DNA of 63,544 nt, the filler included, from Klebsormidium nitens (taxonomy: Eukaryota; Plantae; Klebsormidiophyceae): NCBI GenBank assembly GCA_000708835.1. It is 7 parts of 7 records of this genome, joined end to end, with 100 filler letters (N's around TTAATTAATTAA, not from the genome) between each part and the next. Parts side by side here need not be neighbours in the genome. Positions count along the whole stretch, not along the records: positions 6,269 to 13,445 come from DF238360.1; positions 13,546 to 18,619 come from DF238507.1; positions 18,720 to 28,096 come from DF238215.1; 4 more parts are not named here. One strand, written 5' to 3'. Under the pieces are notes generated by a model. The model made no database searches and was not told the DNA's origin. It saw nothing but the letters and a program-made list of their open reading frames with translations. Positions 11,255 to 22,660 of the stretch are shown here, one piece after another. The stretch's first letter is position 1. The number at the start of each line of letters is the position of its first letter. Both the position numbers and the translations under genes were made by a program.

Positions 11255-13070
11255 CTATGTACGTGGCTCGGGCAAAGGATTCTTTGGAAACTTGACAGCT
11301 ATCACTTTCGAGCGGAAGCCGAATGAGTTGGCTTGGAGCTTGCGGGATTGCCGAGCTCGTTTACTACCCTGAGAACAATTATAATGGCTTTGGAGGGCGG
11401 CTTGAACTCGGTGGATGGGGTTCCGCCGAAGCTCTTGGTGCATGAGCAAGGATTTTAGCGGCGCAAGGAAGCGGGTGGTGGTGGGTCGGACTCCGCTGTG
11501 GCTTATGTAGCTCAGCAGAAAGGAAGCAAGGAGAAGAGCCACGGCAAGGATGAGAGCCGGGGCCGAAGGGCTACGATTGCGGTGACCTTGGTCACATTGC
11601 CCGAAAGTGCAGGAAGTCGGACGGGATGGAGCACAAGCTGGAGCAAAACATGGAAGGAAACCCTTCCAAGGGATTGGCCTTTAGCGTGATTGAGGGGGTA
11701 GCTGCCAACGACTGGCTCGTAGATGCGGGTAGCTTACAGTACCTAACCGTGGACAAGAGCCTATCTGAGACCGTTGAAATGTTCGGGGGGAGTGGCCGAG
11801 AGTTCTTGTTCGGAGACAAGGGAACCTTGTGGGCAGAGGGGAGCGGCTCGGTTAAGCTGCTGTGTGCAACATCGACGGAAGACTGTCTCGTCACTTTGCA
11901 AAACGTGGTGTACGTTTCTGGGGTTGCGGCAGACCTTATTCCGGTGAGCAAAGCAACCGCGGTCGCTTTAGTGTTGTTTAAGGAGACCGCCAACTGTGAG
12001 CTTGAGGTTGACGGGGAGAAAATCCTTGTAGCTCGGAAAATGAAGAGGCTACGTGGTCAATCAGGCGGAGAACGCACCATCTCCAAAAGTGGCTTACAAA
12101 GGGCCGCTTTCGGGAAATGGAGCAGGAGGGCGCGCACCGGAAAAAGACGCATGCTTCCTTGTGAGCAAGCCGGAGCGGCCGAGCTGTGACATCGACGGAC
12201 AAGGCACGCCGGGTATGAGAACCTGGCGAAGATGGTGCAAGACAATCTCATTGAGGAGGTTGGCAAGCAACCAGGGGCATTCAGGTCGCTCAAAACCTCG
12301 GTTTGAACGCCGTGCATCACGGGGAACCAAACGCGGCTTCCTTTCCAAGTGTCGGAGTTGGTGAGAATAGAGCCTCTCGAGTTGGTCCACATGGATGTTT
12401 GCGGCCGATGCCGATTCCCTCGGTCGGGGGATCAAAGCCGGTACTTCGCCACGTTTCTGAACGACCACCGCAAACTCTCGGTTGTAGTCCCCATGAAGCA
12501 GAAGAGCGAGGTGGCCAAGTTGACTGAGCACCTAATTAAGCGGTTGGAGTTGCAAACGGGGAAGAAGTTGAGGTCGGTGCGGACGGATTGAGGGAAGGAG
12601 TACATTAACAAGGCCCTCACGGATGTTTTTGGGGACAAGGGGACGGTGCGCGAGAAGACCGCCCGCTACACGGCCGAGCGGAGCGGGTTGGCAGAGCGAA
12701 TCAATTAGCGATTGGATAAGAAGGTCCGGGCAATGGTCGAGGACTCGGGGCTGCCCAAAGAGATTTGGGTGAAAGCCGTTGTGACGGCCAACTACACACG
12801 AAACCGAACCCCGATAAGCATGGCACGAGAGGACCCCGTGGGAGGCGTTCAACGGCAAGAAGCCCGACGTTGGGCACATGCGGACGTTTGGAGCGCGAGC
12901 CTACAGGCACGTCCCCAAGCAAGGATGACGGAAGTTGGATTCGGTAAGCGAGCGGTGTGTGTTCGTGGGGTATGAGCCGGACTTCAAGGCCTACCGGGTG
13001 CTCGGGGAGAGCGACGGGAGGATCATGATCTCCTGGACGTCATCTTTGACGAGGGCGGGGGGACAACGGG
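11255..13070 (+). mobile_element. Degenerate Ty1/copia internal region B (gag zinc knuckle, protease, pre-integrase, integrase)
   Basis: YDCGDLGHIARKC knuckle remnant (~11570-11610); 'WLVDAGSLQYLT' protease; 'LWHRR..HAGYENL' pre-integrase; 'PLELVHMDVCG'; 'KKLRSVRTD*GKEY'; 'FVGYEPDFKAYRV'. Stops and frameshifts throughout. Confidence 0.88.
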
Positions 13071-13264
13071 GTTGTTGAGCTGAGCTCCGACCCCACGGAG
13101 GGTTCCTCAAAGGCGGGCGGCGAGCGCAACACCGCGCACGCGACCGACCGCGGCCACATCGCACGCACGATTTCCAAAACGAATCCAAGTGGGCAAGTTC
13201 CGGAAACGGTGCGTGAGAGCAGAGCAGAGCCGAACGAGATTGCGGAGGACACAGGGATGCCAAC

Positions 13265-13445
13265 TGTAACGGCGCTAGCTTTCCGAGCCCTTCGCGGGGA
13301 TCCCCCCGTAGCTATACGCGCGCGGGTCGCGCGGACTTGTGTCATTAACGCGCAGTGCGGCCGCGAGTTAAACCCCGAGCCAGATTCGCCGTCGGATGGC
13401 CGGATCCGGTTGGATTCAAAACCGACATACTGTCTGAGTCTATGC
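13265..13445 (+). repeat. LTR-like repeat (TGTAAC start), copy 1
   Basis: 181 bp; a diverged reverse complement of 16557-16737; truncated by a gap. Confidence 0.65.
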
Positions 13446-13544
13446 NNNNNNNNNNNNNNNNNNNNNNNNNNNNNNNNNNNNNNNNNNNNTTAATTAATTA
13501 ANNNNNNNNNNNNNNNNNNNNNNNNNNNNNNNNNNNNNNNNNNN

Positions 13545-13830
13545 NATCCTTGGGACGAAGCTTCACTCCCTTAAACGCTGACTTCTGAACAGGAGCAGGC
13601 ATCCCAGCCTGTGCATTGGCAACCAATACAGCTAACTGGGCCTGCAAGGTCTTAATGGTAGCATCCTGTGACTCAAATCTGCTCCTTAAGATTGGGTTAA
13701 CTAGTCACTCCACCCCCGGCAGCCCCTGCAGCAGATCCACTGAGATGGGACTCGGTGGCATCCTTGCTGGTGTCCTTGCTGCCATCCCCACTGCTTCCAC
13801 TGCCTTTGGAGGGGTCATCAGTGTCGGATA
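13545..13830 (-). pseudogene. Possible gag N-terminal remnant
   Basis: '…LVNPILRSRFESQDATIKTLQAQLAVLVANAQAG…KGVKLRPK' coiled-coil-like, one in-frame stop, in a retroelement context. Confidence 0.35.
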
Positions 13831-14088
13831 GCACAACCTCGCTACGATAGAACATCGCACGAGCATAGATGATAATACTTCTATTGCGGTCAATCAATTG
13901 CGGCCAATCAAAAGTTTAAATTTACCGTCACTTTGACACAAGTAAACTTCATGCATGTCACGGCTTCATGGTGCAGCGCATATATCATGATGTGCATGAT
14001 ACCAAAGAGCAGGACGCGGATTGTCAGCAGCGTCCCGGCATTACAAGTGGAAGCATAGCATTTATAGCATTTACGGCCAATCTCATAT

Positions 14089-14613
14089 CACGAGGTGGCA
14101 ACTTAAGTTTAAAACACCCCGTGTTTTATTCATCTTATTTTTTAAAAAGCGCACAAAAACAAAACCGCTGAGGTTTTATTCATAACCAACGGATAGAGCT
14201 CGTCAAGAGGCGCCTAAAACACCCCTTATTTTTAAAATTGGACCCCCCTATGAATTTTAAAACAACTTTAAAACAGAATAAAACAACTAAAACAGCCGCA
14301 AGACATGTGCGTCCAAGATGAGGCTCAGAATATTCCTGTTTTAAAAACAACAAAACAACTAAAACGTTTTAAATTGCCTTCTGATTAACATATTCGGGTT
14401 TTATTTGCGATAAGCTGATTGCTTTCAGTCTGGATGGATGTAATATGTGCACGAAAACCAAGATTAGCCTTTAAAACGTAAATAAAACGTCTTTGGGGCG
14501 CTTTTCAACCATTTAAAAACGTTTTAAAACGGTTTTAAAACGGTCGAAGCAAGCCAAACGGGGTGTTTTACTCCGCACATGACATGTTTTAAAACGGGAG
14601 TTGCCACCCCGGG
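14089..14613. mobile_element. hAT-type MITE (525 bp)
   Basis: 14-bp TIRs CACGAGGTGGCAAC / GTTGCCACCCCGGG (12/14 match); perfect 8-bp TSD TCTCATAT (14081-14088, 14614-14621); AT-rich interior with many TTTTAAAAC motifs. Confidence 0.85.
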
Positions 14614-16556
14614 TCTCATATACAACATTCAATACACATGTGCAACACCCCAGGCACCATGCGGAACTTCTGTTATGGCACTAGCAAACTAGATGAGATG
14701 AGAGGATGGAACGAATCGAGAGAGGCAAAACAAGCTTGGGTAATAGGCGAATCGGTGCGCCTCAAACAAGTTTACTTGGCAAACCAAGCAATTCACAACA
14801 CAAGTAATACCCTTTACTGATACTCTATGTTGCTACCGTCGTTGTCGATTCTGCCAGCGTCTCCTCGTGCGTTCGCGCTCACACTAGTTTATCAACCTCG
14901 CCCTTCGTCCTTGGCGGTTCTCAGAAACTTGAAATCACTGCCCTTCGTCCTTGGCACAAGTTCTGGTTGTGCTCTAGCTCGTACTACTAGTAGGAAGAAA
15001 GTCTAGGTCCTAGCAACATACAGAAAGTTGGGTCACCCGCCAACTTTCGCCGTTGCAAATTCGGAGTTCGTTGTGGGCTAATTTGGTTCATTTCGGCGCG
15101 CCAAATCCCGGCCGTCGATAAATTATATCGAAGGTTAAAATCGTACTCCTTGACTTTAACTGTAATCTAGCCATCGAAACTCCCATCGACGGTCTAAATT
15201 CGATAACTCCAAATTCCGCCGCAATTCCGCCGGAAATCCGCCGCAATTCCGCTGCGATTCCGCAGCCACAACAATTCGAAAACTCAACGCCTTTTGAGCT
15301 TAACTCCGCCTCGCTTTGGGCGCAACACAACCGTTCGCTAGTTAGCAACTAACAACACTTCTCCTTGCTAATTGCTACTACTACTATTACCCGTGTGTTC
15401 GGGCTACAAGCCTTACAACATATAGCCTTAATCACATTGCGCAACCGGCACCTTGGTCGCTATTTTCCACTTCAACATTATAACTCCTTCAACTTCACAA
15501 GTCAATTCCAATAAAGTTACATTTGCGATTCCTCACAACAACGATGCCATATGGCCTGACATCAGGGTCAGGGTCTTCTCCACCCTCATGTGCCCCATTA
15601 ACCTGTGGGGAGGGGGAACGACTTCCCCTAGGAGAATCCTCCTGACCTCCTTCTTCTTGTTCCTCTTCTTGATCATTGGGGGCCTGATCTTCAAGTCCTT
15701 GAGCTCTTCCCTGGACACTTCGAGGTCCCCAGATTCATCAGACATGCTTGCGAGTAGCGAGAGCTAGAGGTGGTGGTCCTTAACAGAGCTGATGAATTGT
15801 CCTCTGATACCATTGAAACGTTCTTACTCCTGGTGAGCATNNNNNNNNNNNNNNNNNNNNNNNNNNNNNNNNNNNNNNNNNNNNNNNNNNNNNNNNNNNN
15901 NNNNNNNNNNNNNNNNNNNNNNNNNNNNNNNNNNNNNNNNNNNNNNNNNNNNNNNNNNNNNNNNNNNNNNNNNNNNNNNNNNNNNNNNNNNNNNNNNNNN
16001 NNNNNNNNNNNNNNNNNNNNNNNNNNNNNNNNNNNNNNNNNNNNNNNNNNNNNNNNNNNNNNNNNNNNNNNNNNNNNNNNNNNNNNNNNNNNNNNNNNNN
16101 NNNNNNNNNNNNNNNNNNNNNNNNNNNNNNNNNNNNNNNNNNNNNNNNNNNNNNNNNNNNNNNNNNNNNNNNNNNNNNNNNNNNNNNNNNNNNNNNNNNN
16201 NNNNNNNNNNNNNNNNNNNNNNNNNNNNNNNNNNNNNNNNNNNNNNNNNNNNNNNNNNNNNNNNNNNNNNNNNNNNNNNNNNNNNNNNNNNNNNNNNNNN
16301 NNNNNNNNNNNNNNNNNNNNNNNNNNNNNNNNNNNNNNNNNNNNNNNNNNNNNNNNNNNNNNNNNNNNNNNNNNNNNNNNNNNNNNNNNNNNNNNNNNNN
16401 NNNNNNNNNNNNNNNNNNNNNNNNNNNNNNNNNNNNNNNNNNNNNNNNNNNNNNNNNNNNNNNNNNNNNNNNNNNNNNNNNNNNNNNNNNNNNNNNNNNN
16501 NNNNNNNNNNNNNNNNNNATGATATTATCAGTCGCAGACTTGCAGTACGTGCACAT

Positions 16557-16737
16557 GCATAGACTCAGACAGTATGTCCGTTTTGAAATCAACCGGATCC
16601 GGCCATCCGACGGCGGAGCTGGCTCGGGGTTTAACTCGCGGCCGCACTGCGCGTTATTGACACAAGTCCGCGTAACCCGCGCGCGTATAGCTACCGGGGG
16701 ATTCTCGCGAAGGGCTCGGAAAACTAGCGCCGTTACA
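16557..16737 (-). repeat. LTR-like repeat (TGTAAC start), copy 2
   Basis: Reverse complement of 13265-13445. Confidence 0.65.
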
Positions 16738-16784
16738 CTAGATGTGCCGTACGTCCACTACGGGTTAGCGTTGGAACACGTTGA

Positions 16785-17312
16785 ATGAGTTGGCTGAGTA
16801 TGCCACTCTTATGTGGCCAATTGTTGAGGCCCCTCTCCAGGGCTAAGCGCAATACTTCTCAGCCTGCCAAGTCGGTGGCTGGAAAGCGCAAGGCTACTGG
16901 TGGAGGTGGTTCTGGACGTTCGTCCAAAGCCAAGTTATCGGCTGCCCTGACTGATGAGCAGTATGCTCATAATATGGAGAACCGCATGTGCCACATCTGT
17001 CACAAGCCAGGCCATATTGCACGTGACTGCAAGGAGGGACCTCCTCCCAATGGAAGCAGAACAAGGGCCAAGGCCAGAAGACGGGCAAGAAGTCAGAAAA
17101 GGGTTTCAAAAAGACTACCCAACATAGGACACTTGCCTACTAGTAGCCAGGAAAACTCTGTATTGGATCTTACAGAACAAGACTTCCTAAACATTTCAAA
17201 TGTTACTGGTCGTATCTTTAAAAAGGAAGTACAACGTTCAGAAGATCCCATGTCTACAAGTGTATGTCCTAACTCACTTTTTTGTCATGTCGTCTATGGC
17301 AGGCAAGATTGA
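16785..17312 (+). mobile_element. LTR-retrotransposon gag C-terminus with CCHC zinc knuckle (gypsy-like)
   Basis: CHICHKPGHIARDC (CX2CX4HX4C) in ORF 16785-17312. Confidence 0.75.
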
Positions 17313-18191
17313 AACAGAGTTGTAATATTGATACTTCTCAGGGTTCAACAACAACTGTCGCTAAAGTTTCAATGTTGATCGGCGCCAACGGTCTGTGGAG
17401 GCGGAAACGGGAATGGACGAACATGGGCAATACAAGGCAATGCCACGCCTGACGGCGTTTGATGGCATTGCCAAAAATACAGGCCCTTGTACCCCGACGC
17501 CCACTTTGAATATCAAACATTCCACTACAACGTACAGTTATATGCACGCGTATCCGAACGGGATCCGAACCTTGTATGACCGGTATCCAAAAGATTGGCA
17601 AAATGCTATCGAAGTTTCGAACCGAATACACCGGTGTCATCACCAGCTACGGAGACAGAGGTTATTAGAACAAAACATTTGCATAATAAGTATGCTATGT
17701 ACAATAATGCCTAGGTGTTGGATCAGTGTAATCTTGGAGCGTTTGCATAACTTGTCAGCACTTGTCATAGGTAGCATTGTTGAATTCTTCGAACTTGAAC
17801 GCTGTTCCGTTTGTTTCATGCGCTATGCATCTGGGTGTGCACGCGTTCATTAATACGAAGTGACCATCAGTAGTTAGCAAGCGAGTTTTTGAATAAATCG
17901 ATAAATTGATTACATTGAGAGAGGCTGATCTCACAAGCTCACGCTGAGAGGCTGACCCAAGCAAGCACTGTCATAGCTTATATTTTTTTTAATACGTATC
18001 TTTAAGGTGGTAAGGTCTTATTTGTTAAGGTGGTAAGATCATAAGACGGTATTCGACAGTAGGAGCACATCAAAAATTCATAACTTCATGTAGACATCAT
18101 GGATTCACAATCCGTCTTTTCTAGGTGGTTGAGGGCATCGAGGGGCACTGATGTTAGAAGGCCCCTCGAGCTGTGGAAGAGCATGCCAAAG

Positions 18192-18535
18192 CAAAACGTG
18201 TAGCACAAGAGAAGTTGCTAATATGCGTAGTTTCTGCTATAGAACCCCCCCGCCCAAACAGCACCGTAGGAAAAAAATGAAAATATAGAATCTCCTCGAA
18301 AGGTAGGGAGCGCAGAAAGATGGTTTTCCGCAAAAGCGTGGTGGTATTTGGTACACCCTCTGTGAAGTTGGGCTAACAAAAAATGTTTTGACATTCCAGC
18401 TTGCCCCCATGTTGAATGCCTCCCTTTTGAGGAAATTCTATCTTTTCGTTTTTTTTCCTATGGCGCCGTTTGGGCGGGGGGGGTCTGCAGCGGAAACTGC
18501 GCATATTGGCAACTTCTTGTGTGCTTCGTTTTGTA
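18192..18535. mobile_element. Foldback/MITE-like element with ~115-bp imperfect inverted arms
   Basis: 18192-18309 is reverse-complementary to 18421-18535 (e.g. GAAGTTGCTAATATGCGTAGTTTC vs GAAACTGCGCATATTGGCAACTTC; CCCCCCCGCCCAAAC vs GTTTGGGCGGGGGGG); spacer ~110 bp. Confidence 0.75.
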
Positions 18536-18720
18536 ACGGCACGACTGCGCACCGACTTCTGGCTGCGCGCCAAACTCGCGGCCGCGCATCGTCCGTTATT
18601 ATACGCTATCGACTTATTTNNNNNNNNNNNNNNNNNNNNNNNNNNNNNNNNNNNNNNNNNNNNTTAATTAATTAANNNNNNNNNNNNNNNNNNNNNNNNN
18701 NNNNNNNNNNNNNNNNNNNC

Positions 18721-21372
18721 AGCAGCGGGCAGTGGGACGCCAGAGCGGGTGGCTCGCAACCTGCGCCACACGGATGCAGGCAACTCGCCGCAGCGCGCGT
18801 GCAGGAGGCGCACAAGTCTGACTCAGAAGGTGGGCAGTTTCAAAACCCGCAGGACAATGTTGCTAGCATCAGCCAACAGGATGTCCCCACGATTCTGAGC
18901 CAGGGAATGGACGTATCACCGCAGGCGCCCATGTTGGTTGCAATGCCTGTGGCTGAGCAGAATGACATCATCGATGTGTCAGAGCCGGAGCTTGTTAACA
19001 CAAGTGCGCAGAACAATACCGCGGTAGGGACAAGTGAAGAAGAGTCCCCATCAGGAACTGGCTCTGACTCAGAGGATTTCTCAGGGGAGCTCACTGCAAC
19101 GGATGACATTAGCGAGCCCACTGAGTCCGGGGAGCTTTATTCCCCGTCAGAAGATCAGAGTAGCAAGGAGGATTCCTCGGAGCTGGAGCCCAGTGAGTCA
19201 ATGACCCCCACGGAGTCAGAAACCACAGGGACAGACAGCTCAACCTCTTCCTACCGCTCTGCAGAAACCGACGACGAGCTCACCTCCGAGCACGTCGGCC
19301 GCACCTCTTCCAAGCTGGCCGCCTTCCGGGAGAAGACGGAAAAGCTGCGGAAGTACGATCCCACAGATCGGAAGGTGGGAACCACCCTGGACTGCCTCCA
19401 CCCCTGGAGCAAGACCCACTACATCCACGACCCCGAGCACCTCCCCAACTTCTGGAAGAAGACCGCCAGGTGGAAGAAGAGGAAGCTCGGCGCCACCCTC
19501 TGCATCGGCAACCGCCGCATCCCCAGCGAGGGCAAGGGCAAGAAGAAGTCGCGGGCGGACAGTGTGGGCAAGGTGGACAAGGTCATGATCGCCCTGGACT
19601 GCCTTCACAAGCCGATGCAGGACGAAAAGCAGGTGGACCGGGTTCTCGCCTGGATCGACAGGGCGGACGCCGCCCAGCGCGACTACGTGGAGCGGCGCAA
19701 GGCGGAGCCCCCCAAGGTCACCAAGGTCAAGAAGCCGACGGCGCAGGACGTGGCGGACGCCCTCAACAAGAACACTGAGGCGTTCAAGACGTTCGCCGCC
19801 GCTCTAGCCCTCCCCGAAGGCGCCAGCCTGCAGAAGATCATCCAGGACGGCTTGGCGGCCCAAGGAAACTCCCTGCCCGTCAACGGGGACCAGCCCACCG
19901 AAGCCCAGGACCAGGGGGCAGAGGAGGGCGCGGGTCCCCTCGACGATGACGACAACGAGCTGGACGAGCGGGATGCGGAGCACGAGGCCGCAGCCGGAAG
20001 CGCCCACGAGGACGAAGACGCGGAGGACGACGCAGCCGACTCCCCCCAGGAGGCGGCCGCAAAGTCGGACCCCGCCGCGGACAAACCCTCAGCGCAGCCG
20101 GCGGTTCAGACCTCCGCAGCCCACAGCTCCCCCCAGCGGTCCTCAACCCCCGTCCAGTCAGCACCTGCGCAGACCTCTGCACCTCTTGAGGCCCCTGCGC
20201 AGGCCGCATCTACCCCAGCTGTGCAGTCCCCGGCCCCAGCGGCCTCTGCGCAGCTCCAGAACAACCAGGCAGCGGCAGCCTCACCGCCGCCTCCGGCCCG
20301 CGCAACCTCTGCGCAGCCTGCCGCCCAGGTGCCTCTCCAGCAGCCGCCGCCACGCGCGACTGACGTGGAGGACCTGCGGTCCAGCAGCCCCGCGCGCCCC
20401 CAGGGACCTGACCATCCGGGGCAGCGCCAGCCGGACGACACCGCGACTTCCACGCCGCCCAGGCCGCGCGCCCAGGGACTTGACACCCGGGGCCTGCGCC
20501 AGCCTTCGCCTGCGGCCGCAGAGCCGCACCACGACACCACCCCTGACCCGCCGCCCACGCGCAAGAAGAACAAGCGGGACAGGAACCGGCCCCCATACGC
20601 ACCAGAGCCAACGCCCGCCGCTGAAGGAGCGGCCCAGGCGCTCCAGGCTCTGTCCGGGGACCCGTACGAGCTGGAGGAGACGCGCCCCCGCCGGCGCAAC
20701 CGCGACAGCCAGCGCCCCGACACCACGGGCGCCGAGGGATCCCTCCCCCTCAAGAAGAAGAAGAAGAAGGCGGAACCTGCCCTGGAGAAGGGTGGGACGG
20801 ATGTCCGCCAGGGCCTGAAGGAGCTGAAGGAGCTGAAGGAGTTGAAAAAGTCGAAGGTGGAGAAGAAAACCAAGCTGGCCATCATCGACCCCGAAGAGCC
20901 CACCAGCGACCGCAAGCCCAAGGCCGGGAAGAAGCGGAAGGAGGCGGCCTCGTCCACCACCGACACGGACGACCTCGCCATCTGCGCCAGCCGCAGCAAG
21001 CTCCCTCCCCGCCAGGACAACCAAAAAGTAAGTCCTGGACAAATTCGAACACTCAGAAACACAAGTGTCCTAAAAATGCCCACAGCCCACCACACAAGGA
21101 CTTTGCGTGAACAGGCCTGTGCGGCACAAACCAACCTAGAAGATCCTGTTACACCAGAACCCACTTCTTCGCTTGGACTAACCAGCACACAACAATCTGC
21201 TGTGGCCCAAATCTTAGAATTAACGGAAGGCGTGGAGTTACAATTTCATTGGACCTCCGCGCACAACCTTCCCTGCAAGTTTCTGGACATGCTAGGACAT
21301 GGGTTGAACATTCTGGTTCAGTCTCGCTGGCTGCTTGTGACGGCGGGGCTTGTTAGCACGCCGTTGGATTGA
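18721..21372 (+). CDS. Long ORF1 (gag-position, low-complexity S/E, A/P/Q and K-rich)
   Basis: Stop-free frame of ~880 codons from the gap edge; no canonical gag motif recognised; directly upstream of the protease contig. Confidence 0.65.
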   Translation, partial: SSGQWDARAGGSQPAPHGCRQLAAARVQEAHKSDSEGGQFQNPQDNVASISQQDVPTILSQGMDVSPQAPMLVAMPVAEQNDIIDVSEPELVNTSAQNNTAVGTSEEESPSGTGSDSEDFSGELTATDDISEPTESGELYSPSEDQSSKEDSSELEPSESMTPTESETTGTDSSTSSYRSAETDDELTSEHVGRTSSKLAAFREKTEKLRKYDPTDRKVGTTLDCLHPWSKTHYIHDPEHLPNFWKKTARWKKRKLGATLCIGNRRIPSEGKGKKKSRADSVGKVDKVMIALDCLHKPMQDEKQVDRVLAWIDRADAAQRDYVERRKAEPPKVTKVKKPTAQDVADALNKNTEAFKTFAAALALPEGASLQKIIQDGLAAQGNSLPVNGDQPTEAQDQGAEEGAGPLDDDDNELDERDAEHEAAAGSAHEDEDAEDDAADSPQEAAAKSDPAADKPSAQPAVQTSAAHSSPQRSSTPVQSAPAQTSAPLEAPAQAASTPAVQSPAPAASAQLQNNQAAAASPPPPARATSAQPAAQVPLQQPPPRATDVEDLRSSSPARPQGPDHPGQRQPDDTATSTPPRPRAQGLDTRGLRQPSPAAAEPHHDTTPDPPPTRKKNKRDRNRPPYAPEPTPAAEGAAQALQALSGDPYELEETRPRRRNRDSQRPDTTGAEGSLPLKKKKKKAEPALEKGGTDVRQGLKELKELKELKKSKVEKKTKLAIIDPEEPTSDRKPKAGKKRKEAASSTTDTDDLAICASRSKLPPRQDNQKVSPGQIRTLRNTSVLKMPTAHHTRTLREQACAAQTNLEDPVTPEPTSSLGLTSTQQSAVAQILELTEGVELQFHWTSAHNLPCKFLDMLGHGLNILVQSRWLLVTAGLVSTPLD

Positions 21373-21465
21373 ATACATTTACGGCTGTCAGTCTGCTTAC
21401 ACATGTGCGGAAACCATGGGCAAGCTTTACAGCCAACAGACAAGGNNNNNNNNNNNNNNNNNNNN

Positions 21466-22229
21466 CAGCGGCAGCCTCACCGCCGCCTCCGGCCCGCGCA
21501 ACCTCTGCGCAGCCTGCCGCTCAGGTGCCTCTCCAGCAGCCGCCGCCACGCGCGACTGACGTGGAGGACCTGCGGTCCAGCAGCCCCGCGCGCCCCCAGG
21601 GACCTGACCACCCGGGGCAGCGCCAGCCGGACGACACCGCGGCTTCCACGCCGCCGAGGCCGCGCACCCAGGGACTTGACACCCGGGGCCTGCGCCAGCC
21701 TTCGCCTGCGGCCGCAGAGCCGCACCACGACACCACCCCTGACCCGCCGCCCACACGCAAGAAGAACAAGCGGGACAGGAACCGGCCCCCATACGCACCA
21801 GAGCCAACGCCCGCCGCTGAAGGAGCGGCCCAGGCGCTCCAGGCTCTGTCCGGGGACCCGTACGAGCTGGAGGAGACGCGCCCCCGCCGACGCAACCGCG
21901 ACAGCCAGCGCCCCGACACCACGGGCGCCGAGGGATCCCTCCCCCTCAAGAAGAAGAAGAAGAAGGCGGAACCTGCCCTGGAGAAGGGTGGGACGGATGT
22001 CCGCCAGGGCCTGAAGGAGTTGAAGGAGCTGAAGGAGCTGAAGAAGTCGAAGGTGGAGAAGAAAACCAAGCTGGCCATCATCGACCCCGAAGAGCCCACC
22101 AGCGACCGCAAGCCCAAAGCCGGGAAGAAGTGGAAGGAGGCGGCCTCGTCCACCACCGACACGGACGACCTCGCCATCTGCGCCAGCCGCAGCAAGCTCT
22201 CTCCCCGCCAGGACAACCAAAAAGTAAGT
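21466..22229 (+). repeat. Second near-identical copy of the ORF1 GC-rich segment
   Basis: Matches ~20270-21033 with scattered substitutions; isolated contig between 20-N gaps. Confidence 0.85.
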
Positions 22230-22249
22230 NNNNNNNNNNNNNNNNNNNN

Positions 22250-22603
22250 CCTAGAATTGATTACTCAGGACCTAACCCCGCTTTCTTAATTAACGGTGTG
22301 GCCCTGGATTGGTTAACAATTGACACTGGCTGTGAGAGTGTAATTATCTCTAACTGGACAGCCAAACGGTTAGGAATAAATTCAGAGATGCGGCAGCAAA
22401 AAGCCATGAGTCTTATCACAGCAGATGCAATCACCACAGCACCTGTTGACAGGACTTGGGACACAGTTGAAATCTCGATTAACCCAGGGACTTCTGCGGC
22501 AACAACGGTCCAGGTTAAACTAACCATTGTTCCGTCACAGACCCGCGAAACTCTAATTGGGATGAGTGTAATTGGGCGGATTGGGCTTACACCCAATCCG
22601 TAG
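22250..22603 (+). CDS. Retropepsin-type aspartic protease domain
   Basis: 'WLTIDTGCESVIIS' (DTG at 22322-22330) and C-terminal 'TLIGMSVI' motif. In-frame TAG at 22601-22603; the frame continues into the DNMT ORF. Confidence 0.85.
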   Translation, partial: PRIDYSGPNPAFLINGVALDWLTIDTGCESVIISNWTAKRLGINSEMRQQKAMSLITADAITTAPVDRTWDTVEISINPGTSAATTVQVKLTIVPSQTRETLIGMSVIGRIGLTPNP

Positions 22604-22660
22604 ACCCAAACACTCACATATTACCCCAGGTGGTGGGAAGAAAACTCCACCACCACAGAG

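Noticed and set aside
19240-22220. Many overlapping long ORFs in alternative frames and strands over ORF1
   Set aside because: Shadow ORFs caused by very high GC content.
22601-22603. In-frame TAG between protease and DNMT as a second readthrough site
   Set aside because: Seen in one copy only, with no recognisable context or hairpin; more simply a nonsense mutation, like the TAG at 26586 and the TAA at 24398 (absent in copy 2).
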